From positions 12,394-76,393 of the forward strand of contig JBFINP010000006.1 of assembly GCA_041611095.1 (NCBI GenBank): a stretch of DNA of 64,000 nt. Direction: 5' to 3'. The notes below the pieces were generated by a model. That model made no database searches. It worked only from the letters and a program-made list of their open reading frames with translations, and was not told the origin of the DNA. Below are positions 1 to 9,300 of the stretch, piece by piece. Position numbers and translations under genes: made by a program. Numbering within the stretch: the stretch's first letter is position 1; each line of letters opens with the position of its first letter. Origin of the DNA: Acidimicrobiia bacterium. GTDB taxonomy: Bacteria > Actinomycetota > Acidimicrobiia > Spongiisociales > UBA5794.

Positions 1-2
1 CG

Positions 3-215
3 GGTCGCGCAGCCACGTGGTGGGCGCTCGCCGTTCTCCTCGGCATGGACGAGGATTGGCCGGTCGATCCCGAAGGGCTCGGATCGGCCGCCGCCGAGCT
101 TCGCTGGCTCGCGTGGGATCCCGGCGACCAGACGGGAGGGTGGGCCCTTCACCTCGCCGTCGAGGATGCTCGAGAGGGGATCGCCTGGGCGGTGAGCGCC
201 GTCGATGCGGTGTGA
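3..215 (+). CDS. Partial (5'-truncated) hypothetical protein, C-terminus resembling the DUF6183 family
   Basis: Open frame from the window edge: GRAATWWALAVLLGMDEDWPVDP...WALHLAVEDAREGIAWAVSAVDAV*. The family name is from memory. Confidence 0.55.
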   Translation, partial: GRAATWWALAVLLGMDEDWPVDPEGLGSAAAELRWLAWDPGDQTGGWALHLAVEDAREGIAWAVSAVDAV

Positions 216-230
216 TGCCGGGCGGCTGGC

Positions 231-1250
231 TCAGACGTGGGGAAGCACGTCGGCGGCGAGTTCTTCCAGGAGCTCGACCTGATGCTCGTGGTCGAGGGAT
301 GCGAAGAACGATCGGGCGACGAGGTCGATCGGTACGGGCAGCGAGTCGCGTAGCTCGCCGAGCCGGTGGACGATCTCCTCGCCGCTGCCGACGATCACAC
401 CACGCGTCCGGATCTTCTTCAACACATCCGCTGGAGGGACGGGAGACCTTGGGGGTGGCCCCGAGCGCGTCGCCGACGCCTCCATGTCCGAGTACTTCCA
501 CGTCATCTCCCAAACGTGAGAGCCGTATCGGTCCCAGGCGGTGGCGGCATCGGGACCGGGGCAGAGGATCGAGTAGTAGATCCACCGGAACCCTGCGGGA
601 TCGCGTCCGTTGCGGTCCATCTCGTCGAGGGCCCACTCGACCTGTTGGGCGAGCTTGTGGAGGGGAGCGTTGGAGAAGAACCCGTTGGCCATACGTGCGG
701 CGCGGCGCACGGCGGCTTCGGCGCCACCACCGATCACGATCGGAATCGGGACGTGGGGGACCGGACGCACCGCGACTCGAGGAAGCTCGTAGACGTCGCC
801 GGCATGCTCGAAGGGCTCGCCCGACCAGGCCCGGGGAAGCAGGTCGAGGATCTCGCTCATCGCCCGTCCGCGGAGACGGCGGGGGACCCCGAGCGCCGAG
901 AACTCGACTTCGTTCCAACCGAGCCCGAGGCCAAGGGTGAGGCGGCCGTCACTGAGGAGCTGGACCGTCGCCGCATCTTCGGCGAGGCGAAGCGGATGAT
1001 GGAGGGGCGCCAGGAGCACGCCCGTCCCGATCTCGATGCGCTCGGTACGGGCCGCCATCGCCGCGCTCGCCACCAGCACGGACGGCATGTACCCGTCGTC
1101 GACGAAGTGGTGCTCGGTCGTCCAGATGGATGAATAGCCCAGCCGCTCGGCCCGCTCTGTGAGGGACAGGGTCCGGGCGTAGGCAGCGCGCCAGTCGGGT
1201 GGTGCTCCCGGAGCTAGCTGCGCGGAGAGCAGGCCGAAACCGAGGCTCAC
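231..1250 (-). CDS. LLM-class flavin-dependent oxidoreductase (luciferase-like)
   Basis: AERLGYSSIWTTEHHF, RIEIGTGVLLAPLHHPLRLAEDAATV, GRLTLGLGLGW. Confidence 0.92.
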   Translation of the reverse strand: MSLGFGLLSAQLAPGAPPDWRAAYARTLSLTERAERLGYSSIWTTEHHFVDDGYMPSVLVASAAMAARTERIEIGTGVLLAPLHHPLRLAEDAATVQLLSDGRLTLGLGLGWNEVEFSALGVPRRLRGRAMSEILDLLPRAWSGEPFEHAGDVYELPRVAVRPVPHVPIPIVIGGGAEAAVRRAARMANGFFSNAPLHKLAQQVEWALDEMDRNGRDPAGFRWIYYSILCPGPDAATAWDRYGSHVWEMTWKYSDMEASATRSGPPPRSPVPPADVLKKIRTRGVIVGSGEEIVHRLGELRDSLPVPIDLVARSFFASLDHEHQVELLEELAADVLPHV

Positions 1251-1263
1251 GGCAACGTCCTGC

Positions 1264-1641
1264 TCAAACGGTCAGATGTGCGGCGGCGTCTGGGTCGTTG
1301 ACGGCGAGGGCGAAGTGCATGTTGTCGCCGTTGGACCGCAGCAGGTACATCGCGTCGATGTTGACTCCCGTGGAGGCGAGGGACTCGGTGAGGCTCGCCA
1401 GTGCTCCCGGCTGGTTACTCACGACGGTGGCGATGACCCGATGCTCGTCGTACACGAGGGACGCTTCGTCGAGCACATCTCGGGTTGCTTCGAGGTCGTC
1501 GGACACGAAGCGCACGACTCCTGCCTCGCCCGTCGCAAACGCCGCCAGGGCGCTGATGTTGACCCCTGCCTCCGCCAGGCGGCGGGTCAATGTGGCAAGC
1601 TGACCGGGCCGGTTCGCGAGGTGAACGGTGAATTCCGTCAT
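1264..1641 (-). CDS. Tandem ACT-domain protein
   Basis: Two ACT repeats (NRPGQLATLTRRLAEAGVNI; NQPGALASLTESLASTGVNI). ATG at 1641 follows a TATGCT -10 (leaderless). Confidence 0.88.
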   Translation of the reverse strand: MTEFTVHLANRPGQLATLTRRLAEAGVNISALAAFATGEAGVVRFVSDDLEATRDVLDEASLVYDEHRVIATVVSNQPGALASLTESLASTGVNIDAMYLLRSNGDNMHFALAVNDPDAAAHLTV

Positions 1642-1754
1642 ACGTCCAGCATACGACGACCGGCGTGTCTTCGCCGACTGAAAGAGTGAGCAAACGCGAC
1701 CCGGCGGCGAGTCGCGCCGCGAGTGCGACAGGTGGAGGCGGCCGGTCGGGCCGA

Positions 1755-1770
1755 CCGAACACATGTTCGA
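1755..1770. promoter_or_regulatory. LexA (SOS) box upstream of dnaE2
   Basis: CCGAAC-ACAT-GTTCGA matches the Gram-positive/actinobacterial CGAAC-N4-GTTCG consensus. It lies next to a TAGGCT -10 (1772-1777) and the GTG at 1785. Confidence 0.9.
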
Positions 1771-1784
1771 TTAGGCTGTGGCGG

Positions 1785-4700
1785 GTGACCCACTACGCCG
1801 AGCTCCATTGCCACACCAACTTCAGCTTCCTGGACGGTGCCGCGCATCCCCATGAGCTGGTCGCCCGGGCCGCCGAGTTGGGGTACACGGCGCTGGCGGT
1901 GACCGACCACGACGGTTTTCGCGGTGCCGTCAAGGTTCACGAGGCCGCCCGCGTTGTCGGGCTCCCCGTCGTGTATGGCACCGAGGTGGGGATGGCCCGT
2001 GGGCAGGATGACGGTTCACCCTTCGATCCGCTGGACCGCGTCGAGCCCGAGCCGAAGCCGCGGCCTCGTCGCGGTCGTATTCGCCGCATGCACGGATCGA
2101 AGCCGGTGACGAGAGAGCCCACGGATCACCTCGTGCTGCTGGCCCCCGACCCGGCGGGCTATGCAGCCATAAGCCGTTTCGTGACCCGCGGCCAGTACCG
2201 GGGGGAGAAGGACCGGCCCGTGTACCACTACGACGAGCTCGCCGAGGCGGCGCATCACGGCAACCTCGTGGCGCTCACTGGGTGCCGCCAGGGCGCCGTG
2301 CCCGGAGCGGCGCAGCGGGGCGACCTCCCCGGTGCGATGAAGGAGGCGGCTCGGCTGCGTGAGATGTTCCCTGGACGGCTCTTCGTCGAGCTGTGGCATC
2401 ACGGTTTGCCCGAGGACGACCCGCGAAACGAGATGCTCGTCGAGGTCGCCGCCCGGCTCCGGCTGCCGACCATCGCCACCAACAACGTCCACTACTCCCA
2501 TCGCCGCGACGCCCATCTGTCCGAGGTGCTCGCCGCCGTCGCCGGCAGGCGAGATCTCGCCACGGCCGACGGATTTCGACCCGCCACCGACCTGCGACAC
2601 CTGAGGACTCCCCACGAGATGGCCGAGCGCTTCACGCGCTATCCGGGGGCCGTGGCACGCGCCGCCGAGCTGGGGGAGGCGATGGCATTCGACCTCGACC
2701 TGCTGGCGCCCCAGCTTCCCGACTTCCCGATGCCCGGTGCCTTCACCACCGAAGACGAGTACCTGCGCCACCTCGTCTTCGAAGGTGCACGTGACGTGTA
2801 TCCGGGCACCGGAGAGCACGGGACCGACCCCCAGGCCGTGGTGCGGCTCGAGCACGAGCTCGAGGTCATCGCCGAGCTCGGCTTCGCCGGTTTCTTCCTC
2901 GTGGCCTGGGACATCGTGAGGTTCGCCCGCTCCCAGGACGTCTACTGCCAGATCCGAGGCTCCGGAGCCGACTCGGCGGTGTGCCGGTGCATCGGGCTCA
3001 CCAGGGTCGATCCGATCCGCCTCCAGCTGCCCTTCGAGCGCTTCCTGTCCGAGGAACGCGGGCGCCCCCCGGACATCGACATCGACTTCGAGGCCGAACG
3101 GCGCGAAGAGGTGATCCAGTACTGCTATCGGCGGTACGGCCGGGAGCGGGCGGCGATGGTCGCCAACGTCATCACGTACCGTGCCCGTTCCGTGCTCCAG
3201 GACGTCGGCAAGGCCTTCGGGCTGACCCAGGCGCAGGTGAACGCCCTCACCAAGTACCTCGACACGCACAACCCTCGACAGATCCCGGAGCTGGTCGATC
3301 TTCCCGCCGGCCTCACCTCGGAGCTCATCTATGACGTATGCAACCGCCTCGACGGGTTTCCCCGCCATCTCGGCATCCACTCGGGGGGGATGGTGGTTGC
3401 ACAACGCCCGCTGTGGGAGATCGTCCCGATGGAGTGGGGGCGCATGGAGGACCGCTCGGTGCTGCAGTGGGACAAGGACGACTGCGCTGCGATGGGCATC
3501 GTCAAGTTCGACCTGCTCGCCCTGGGGGCGATGAACGCCCTCCATCTCTCGGTCGACGCAATCCGGGACACCCACGGAGTCGACATCGATCTCGCCACCA
3601 TTCCCCAGGAACCGGTGATCTATGACATGCTCACCCGTGCGGACACCGTCGGGATCTTCCAGGTCGAGTCGAGGGCGCAGATGGCGACGCTCCCGCGGAT
3701 GAAACCCCGGACGTTCTACGACCTCGCCATCGAGGTGGCGCTGATCCGACCGGGGCCAATTCAGGGCCATTCCGTCCATCCGTTCCTGCGTCGCCGCAAC
3801 GGCGAGGAGCCGGTGCGGTATCCACATCCGGCTGCCGAATCGATCCTGAAGAAGACGCTGGGCGTGCCGGTCTTCCAGGAACAGCTCATGGAACTCGCCA
3901 GGGTGTGCGCCGGGTTCACGTCGGGGCAGTCCGACCGGCTGCGTCAGGCGATGACCCACAAGCGCTCGGACGAGGCCATGGCGACGCTGCGTGACGAGGT
4001 GTACGCCGGGATGAGCCGGATCGGTATCACCGGCGCCGCCGCCGACGAGATCTGGGAGAAGCTCCAGGGATTCGCCTCCTTCGGGTTCCCCGAGTCCCAC
4101 TCGGTGTCGTTCGCCTACATCGTCTACGCCGCGTCGTGGCTCAAGTATCACTGGCCCGGCGAGTTCTTCTGTGGTCTGCTCAACGCTCAGCCCATGGGGT
4201 TCTACACACCCAACTCACTCGTTCAGGATGCCGTACACCACGGCGTCGTTGTGCTGCCACCTGACATCAACCGCTCGGAGTTCGACTGCACGATGGAGTT
4301 GGTGGACGCCGACGAGGACGACATCGCCGAGTACCTGGGCATGCGATGGCGGCGGGGGAGGGGCGCCGTCGACGACCCACTGCGTCCGGCCGTTGCGGTG
4401 AGGGTCGGCCTCCGTTATGTGCGCAACCTCGGCGAGACGGAGATAAGCCGCATCGAGGCGGCGCGGATGGTGGGGGGAGTCTTCGGGACCCCCGAGGATC
4501 TGGCACAACGCACCGGCTTGCAGCTCGCATCTCTGGAGGCTCTGGCTGCGTCCGGCGCCCTCGTACCGCTGGGGCTCGGTCGCCGTGAGGGGATCTGGTC
4601 GGCGGGGGCCCTCGCCGGGATGGGGCCGGACCGTCTGGCGCTGGCGCCGGGTACCTCGTCACCCGACTTGCCGTCGCTGACCCGGCCGGAGTCGGTTCAG

Positions 4701-5087
4701 GCAGACCTGTGGTCGACCGGGATCTCGGTCACGCATCCCGTCGCCTTCCTTCGTCATGCCCTCGGCGAATCCGGCTGCCTGACCATTCGGGATGCTCTTG
4801 CTCTCCGACGTCACGGCTTCCGTGCGCGGGTAGGCGGTATCGTCACCCACCGGCAACGACCGGGAACGGCGAAGGGGGTGCGCTTCCTCAACCTGGAGGA
4901 CGAGACGGGCCTTCTCAACGTCGTGGTCCTGCCCCAGGTGTGGGAGGCGCACTTCGAGATCGCCCGAAAGGCGGTCGGGGTCGTCATCGAAGGCGTCCTC
5001 GAGCACCGCGACGGTGTGACCAATCTCGTTGCCCACCGCTTCGAGCACTGGCCCGTCGACGGCATCCGCAGCCGCGACTTCCGATAA
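1785..5087 (+). CDS. dnaE2: Error-prone DNA polymerase DnaE2
   Basis: PHP motif YAELHCHTNFSFLDG, catalytic PDIDIDF, OB fold, C-terminal SRDFR signature of DnaE2, LexA box upstream. Confidence 0.95.
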   Translation: MTHYAELHCHTNFSFLDGAAHPHELVARAAELGYTALAVTDHDGFRGAVKVHEAARVVGLPVVYGTEVGMARGQDDGSPFDPLDRVEPEPKPRPRRGRIRRMHGSKPVTREPTDHLVLLAPDPAGYAAISRFVTRGQYRGEKDRPVYHYDELAEAAHHGNLVALTGCRQGAVPGAAQRGDLPGAMKEAARLREMFPGRLFVELWHHGLPEDDPRNEMLVEVAARLRLPTIATNNVHYSHRRDAHLSEVLAAVAGRRDLATADGFRPATDLRHLRTPHEMAERFTRYPGAVARAAELGEAMAFDLDLLAPQLPDFPMPGAFTTEDEYLRHLVFEGARDVYPGTGEHGTDPQAVVRLEHELEVIAELGFAGFFLVAWDIVRFARSQDVYCQIRGSGADSAVCRCIGLTRVDPIRLQLPFERFLSEERGRPPDIDIDFEAERREEVIQYCYRRYGRERAAMVANVITYRARSVLQDVGKAFGLTQAQVNALTKYLDTHNPRQIPELVDLPAGLTSELIYDVCNRLDGFPRHLGIHSGGMVVAQRPLWEIVPMEWGRMEDRSVLQWDKDDCAAMGIVKFDLLALGAMNALHLSVDAIRDTHGVDIDLATIPQEPVIYDMLTRADTVGIFQVESRAQMATLPRMKPRTFYDLAIEVALIRPGPIQGHSVHPFLRRRNGEEPVRYPHPAAESILKKTLGVPVFQEQLMELARVCAGFTSGQSDRLRQAMTHKRSDEAMATLRDEVYAGMSRIGITGAAADEIWEKLQGFASFGFPESHSVSFAYIVYAASWLKYHWPGEFFCGLLNAQPMGFYTPNSLVQDAVHHGVVVLPPDINRSEFDCTMELVDADEDDIAEYLGMRWRRGRGAVDDPLRPAVAVRVGLRYVRNLGETEISRIEAARMVGGVFGTPEDLAQRTGLQLASLEALAASGALVPLGLGRREGIWSAGALAGMGPDRLALAPGTSSPDLPSLTRPESVQADLWSTGISVTHPVAFLRHALGESGCLTIRDALALRRHGFRARVGGIVTHRQRPGTAKGVRFLNLEDETGLLNVVVLPQVWEAHFEIARKAVGVVIEGVLEHRDGVTNLVAHRFEHWPVDGIRSRDFR

Positions 5088-5233
5088 TTCGCTCGAAGCG
5101 GGCTTCGAGCGAGTTGAATCGTCGGCCTCTCGGCCGGCCCGTTGTGCGGTGCGGCGGCGGAGCCACCGCACCGCTGATCGAGGGGGTCGCGGAGCGTCCC
5201 CCTCGAGCTCCCCTGGCTCACTTTCGCATCGCT
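5088..5233. repeat. Structured intergenic repeat, copy A (five stem-loops)
   Basis: About 80% identical by hand alignment to the reverse complement of 50157-50303, with compensatory changes in the stems. Confidence 0.85.
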
Positions 5234-5450
5234 TTCCGAATGGCTCCCCTTTAGGGGGAGCTGTCCGATCGGGCGTTAGCCCGAGCGGACTGAGGGGGGC
5301 GGGGGCGAGGCGTTCGGCGCGCATAGGTCGAGCGGCCCGATTCGGGGGGGATCGCTTCTGGGGGATCGGGGGGCGCGGTACACTCGCCTTTCTTGCTGTC
5401 GGCCGCATCGGGATGTGCGATGGGGCTGCTGAGAGGGGGAAGGAACAGCA

Positions 5451-6371
5451 ATGACCACTGAGGCCGTGCAATCGCGAGTCGTCGACCAGCCGGTGTTCTT
5501 TCCGCCGGATGAGAAGACGTACTTCGGTTTCGCCACGTTGCCGGCAGAAGGGCCTGCGAGCACGACGGCGGTGATCCTGTTGTCGGGCACGCACACGGGG
5601 TCGACCACGATGGGCCGTAATCGCATGTGGGTGAAGGCCGCACGCACGCTGGCCGGCCGCGGATATCCGACGATCCGCATCGACTATGCGGGTCTCGGGG
5701 AGAGCCTGTCGGGCGGACCCATCTACGACCTCGAGCTGCCCGCCGTCCATGCGTTCAACGAGGCGGTCGAGCAGATGCGGAGCTATGGCGCCAGCCGGTT
5801 CGTCGTCGTCGGCACATGCTTCGGCTCGCGCACGGCGATCGCAGGAGCGGTCGAGCAGCGCGACATCGCCGGCCTCCTCCTGCTGGCACCGCCGGTCCGC
5901 AACCCGACGAAAGGCGACGGCGGTACCGATCACCTCGCCCTCTACGCATCGACGGCAGATCTCGCCAAGAGGGCGGTATCGATGCGGACGATTCGCAAGC
6001 TGCTGCGTACGAAGAAGGCCCGCTCGGTGGCGCGGCGGGTGTTCACGGGCAAGGTCCAGGCGTCGCTCGGCCGGGGACCGGCCGGTGAGGGGCAGGGAGG
6101 CGCGACCGACGCAGCCCCGGGCTTCCTCGAGCCTATCAAGCGCCTCGTGCAGCGCGGCGTGCCGATTCGTATCGTGTACGGCGAGAGCGACATCTTCTGG
6201 ACCGAGTTCCAGAAGGCGGCGGAGGGACGGCTCGGCCAGATCCTCGAACGGGCCGGCGACCTGATGCGGGTCGAGACGGTGCCCGGCATCATTCGCGGCT
6301 TCACGTCGGTCCGCATCCAGGAAGCATGCAACCAGCACGTGCTCGACTTCGTCGAGGAGTGCACACGATGA
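5451..6371 (+). CDS. Alpha/beta-hydrolase-fold protein with Cys at the nucleophile elbow (exosortase-A-associated hydrolase 1-like)
   Basis: RIDYAGLGESL and VVGTCFGSRTA (G-x-C-x-G); SD-like GGAAGGA upstream. Confidence 0.75.
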   Translation: MTTEAVQSRVVDQPVFFPPDEKTYFGFATLPAEGPASTTAVILLSGTHTGSTTMGRNRMWVKAARTLAGRGYPTIRIDYAGLGESLSGGPIYDLELPAVHAFNEAVEQMRSYGASRFVVVGTCFGSRTAIAGAVEQRDIAGLLLLAPPVRNPTKGDGGTDHLALYASTADLAKRAVSMRTIRKLLRTKKARSVARRVFTGKVQASLGRGPAGEGQGGATDAAPGFLEPIKRLVQRGVPIRIVYGESDIFWTEFQKAAEGRLGQILERAGDLMRVETVPGIIRGFTSVRIQEACNQHVLDFVEECTR

Positions 6372-7234
6372 CGCGGTTCGAGCCCGCCGTCAGGATCCAT
6401 CCGGACACCGGGATCCGCGAAGAGGTGTCGTTCTTCGGCGATCGCGAGCCCGCCATGTTCTTCGGCCTCCACCTGCCGGCCGGGGAGGTGAGAGGGGCCG
6501 TCGTCTCGTGTCCATCGGTCCACGCCGAGCTCATCAAGGCCTACCGCAAGGACGTGCTGCTGGGACGCACGCTGGCCGAGCAGGGGTATGCAACGCTGCG
6601 CTACCACTACCGAGGGGCCGGGAACAGCGAGGGCAGCGGCTCCGAGCTCACGCTCGACGCGATGATCGGCTCCGTCGAGGAGGCGCGTGCCGAGCTGGCC
6701 CGGCGCACCGGGGTGGACCGCTTTGCCTACCACGGGACCCGCCTGGGATGTTTCGCCGCCGCCGCCGCCGCCGAGCACGACCCCGGCGCTCCGCTGGCCC
6801 TGTGGAGTCCCGTCATCGAGACCGACGACTTCATGAGGGAGATCTTCCGCAGCCACTACATCGCAGCTCTCAAAGGCGAGGAGAAGCCGGAGCCCACGGC
6901 CCGCATGGTCGAGCGCGTCAAGTCCGAGGGCGAGATCGAGCTTCTGGGGTACAACTTCTCGCGAGACTTCTACGAGAGCCTCGAGGGCCGCCGGCTCGAC
7001 GCCCATCAACCGAAGGGCAGTCCCGTCCTGCTCGTACCTTTCGGCCCCAAGGACATGAGCACGCTCGTCGAGCCGTGGACCGCCTGCGGTGCCACCGTGA
7101 CGGTGTTCGAGAACTCGAGCGAGGAAGCGTGGTGGCTGGCCGGCGATGCGACCAAGCCCGAAGAGGGCCAGGAGCGCATCGACAAGCTCATCGGTGGCAC
7201 CGCGAGCTGGATCGTCGAGCAGCTCGAGGCGTGA
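6368..7234 (+). CDS. Alpha/beta-hydrolase-fold protein with Arg at the elbow (exosortase-A-associated hydrolase 2-like)
   Basis: RYHYRGAGNSEG, HGTRLGCFAA, LALWSPV, ELLGY; ATGA overlap with the upstream gene. Confidence 0.75.
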   Translation: MTRFEPAVRIHPDTGIREEVSFFGDREPAMFFGLHLPAGEVRGAVVSCPSVHAELIKAYRKDVLLGRTLAEQGYATLRYHYRGAGNSEGSGSELTLDAMIGSVEEARAELARRTGVDRFAYHGTRLGCFAAAAAAEHDPGAPLALWSPVIETDDFMREIFRSHYIAALKGEEKPEPTARMVERVKSEGEIELLGYNFSRDFYESLEGRRLDAHQPKGSPVLLVPFGPKDMSTLVEPWTACGATVTVFENSSEEAWWLAGDATKPEEGQERIDKLIGGTASWIVEQLEA

Positions 7235-7419
7235 CATCCCACGGTGCACAAGGTGTGCGTCGAGAGTCGCAAGCGAATAGCTCGGGCCCCCGGGGCCAGG
7301 CCTGGACTCCCGACCCCGACACACCACACGAGCCGGAGCCCGCTTCTCACCGGTGACCTTTGCCGCTACCGACCTCCTGTCCGTCGGTGTACCAATGGGG
7401 TGACGGACAGGACTGCGTC

Positions 7420-7980
7420 GTGCCCACCGAAGCGAAGGTCGGCTCCTTCGAGGACGAAGAACGTGCCGGCCGGACCGTCCGCTGGCTACTCCGTTCCGGA
7501 TTGCACGCTCGGATCGTGCGGACGGGTGAGACTTTCGAGGTAGTCGTCCCATCGGGCCGCGAGGAGGAACGGGCGCAGAGCGTGCTACGGGCACTCGCCC
7601 ACACCCGCGAACCCACTGAGCTGCCGAAGCCCGCGGGATGGGATTGGGTGCGCAGCCACGTGCTCAGGCTCGAATCCTTGGCGACGGTGCTCGCCGTCGT
7701 GGTCGGAACGATGTTTCTCTTCTTCATAGGGATCTGGCTGTGGGCGCTCGCTGGGATGCTCGGCTGGCTGGGGCTGATCGTCGTGGTCGTCGCGGGATTG
7801 GTCTTCTTCCACTTCTCCGGGATCCCACACAGCGCCGTGCAGGGTCCGCGGCGCTACAGCCACAAGCACGACGTCACCATGGGGCTGGAACAGGAAGTGC
7901 AGTACCGGCTTGCCTGGGCACGTGACCAGTACCGCAAGTCCCGTCGGTGGCGGCTCCGCCGGAGGCGGCCGAAGGCGTGA
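7420..7980 (+). CDS. Hypothetical membrane protein
   Basis: Small N-terminal soluble domain, two hydrophobic helices, basic tail; start uncertain. Confidence 0.6.
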   Translation: MPTEAKVGSFEDEERAGRTVRWLLRSGLHARIVRTGETFEVVVPSGREEERAQSVLRALAHTREPTELPKPAGWDWVRSHVLRLESLATVLAVVVGTMFLFFIGIWLWALAGMLGWLGLIVVVVAGLVFFHFSGIPHSAVQGPRRYSHKHDVTMGLEQEVQYRLAWARDQYRKSRRWRLRRRRPKA

Positions 7981-8124
7981 GCGCACCGGGTGCCGGCCCG
8001 GTGGCGCCCCGAGCTGACGCAACGGTTGCGGCGTCGAATCTCCCGAAATGGGTCGTAAAAAGCTGCGGGATTGCCGGGTCCCTCGTAGGATCGTGCACGC
8101 GTTACAGCCAATCCAGGGAGGAAC

Positions 8125-9297
8125 ATGCTTCTGGCAGCCGAGTACACCACTACCACCCTTGCGGCCTGGATTGCGGTAGCGCTGGTGGTCGGGCTCGTCA
8201 TCGGTTGGCTGCTACGCCCCTGGCTCGTGTCGGATCGGCTTCGCAACGATTATGAGGACGAGCTGAGGAAAGAGCGAGCCGACCGGGCCCGGGTGGAGAC
8301 GGACCTACAACAGCAGATGGCGGTGGCCGAAGAGATGAGGGGTGAGCTCGAAGAACTTCGTGGAGATTCCGCTCGGCTCAATGCGGAGCTGGCGACCGCC
8401 CGCTCGCGCACCTCACATCTGGAGGGGCAGGTGGCGGCGTTGGCGATGGAAAAGGACGCCGAGATCGCGAGGTTGGCCGCGGAAGCAGGCAAGGTGGGAC
8501 CATTGGAGGTCGCCATCGGGGAGCGCGATGCCCGAATCGCCTCGCTCGAGTCCGAGCTCGGTGCAGCTCCGTCAGCGGCAGACGTGGAGCAGCTCAAGGC
8601 CGACTCCGATCGGGCCGTTGCCGAGGCACGGACGCAGGCAGAGGAGCACGAGTCCCGGCTTCGGAGTGTCCGGCAACGAGCCGCCGCAGAGGCGGCGGCA
8701 GCGGCTCGCGAGCTCGAGCAGGCGTCGACCGAGCTGGCGCTGGCCAAGGCGCGTGCCGAGGAAGCCGAGCGCACGCTCGAAGCGCTGCGAGCCGACCGTG
8801 CTCGTCCCGGCAACGAGCCGGCGGGCGGTGCGGCGCAGGAGCCGTCTGCAGCGGTGCCGCCACCTGGCGAACCGACCGAAGTCATCCCACGCCCCGCCGA
8901 ACCGGCAGCTCCGGCGAGCGCAGGCCCGGCGGCGCCGCAACCGATCGAGCCCGCCGTACGGCCGGCGAGCGGTATGGGGCCGTCGGGTACGCCGACGGCT
9001 GCGCTCGAGCCGACGCCCGCGCCGACGCTCGAGGCGGCTGAGGCTGCCGCAGTCGCCGAACCGCAGACGGCCGACGACGACGATCTGAAGCTGATTCACG
9101 GAATCGGTCCGGCGATCGAACGCAAGCTGAAGGCGATGGGGATCACGACCTACCGCCAGATCGCCTCGTTCTCCGGCGACGACGTGGCGCGCGTCGGCGC
9201 GGCGCTCGGTTCGTTCAGGGACCGGATCCAACGCGACGATTGGATTGGCTCGGCCCGCCGGCTCCACGCCGACCGCCACGGCAGCGAATCCGGCTGA
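8125..9297 (+). CDS. Membrane-anchored coiled-coil protein with C-terminal helix-hairpin-helix (COG3743/DUF4332-like) domain
   Basis: N-terminal TM helix, long heptad region, Pro/Ala linker, DDLKLIHGIGPAIERKLKAMGITTYRQIA...RIQRDDWIGSA; GGAGGA SD. Confidence 0.8.
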   Translation: MLLAAEYTTTTLAAWIAVALVVGLVIGWLLRPWLVSDRLRNDYEDELRKERADRARVETDLQQQMAVAEEMRGELEELRGDSARLNAELATARSRTSHLEGQVAALAMEKDAEIARLAAEAGKVGPLEVAIGERDARIASLESELGAAPSAADVEQLKADSDRAVAEARTQAEEHESRLRSVRQRAAAEAAAAARELEQASTELALAKARAEEAERTLEALRADRARPGNEPAGGAAQEPSAAVPPPGEPTEVIPRPAEPAAPASAGPAAPQPIEPAVRPASGMGPSGTPTAALEPTPAPTLEAAEAAAVAEPQTADDDDLKLIHGIGPAIERKLKAMGITTYRQIASFSGDDVARVGAALGSFRDRIQRDDWIGSARRLHADRHGSESG

Positions 9298-9300
9298 AGG

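Noticed and set aside
2016-4151. Long antisense and alternate-frame ORFs (also 44360-46426, 55719-57902, 20185-22014)
   Set aside because: Shadow ORFs caused by high GC3 codon bias opposite clear genes; no motifs.
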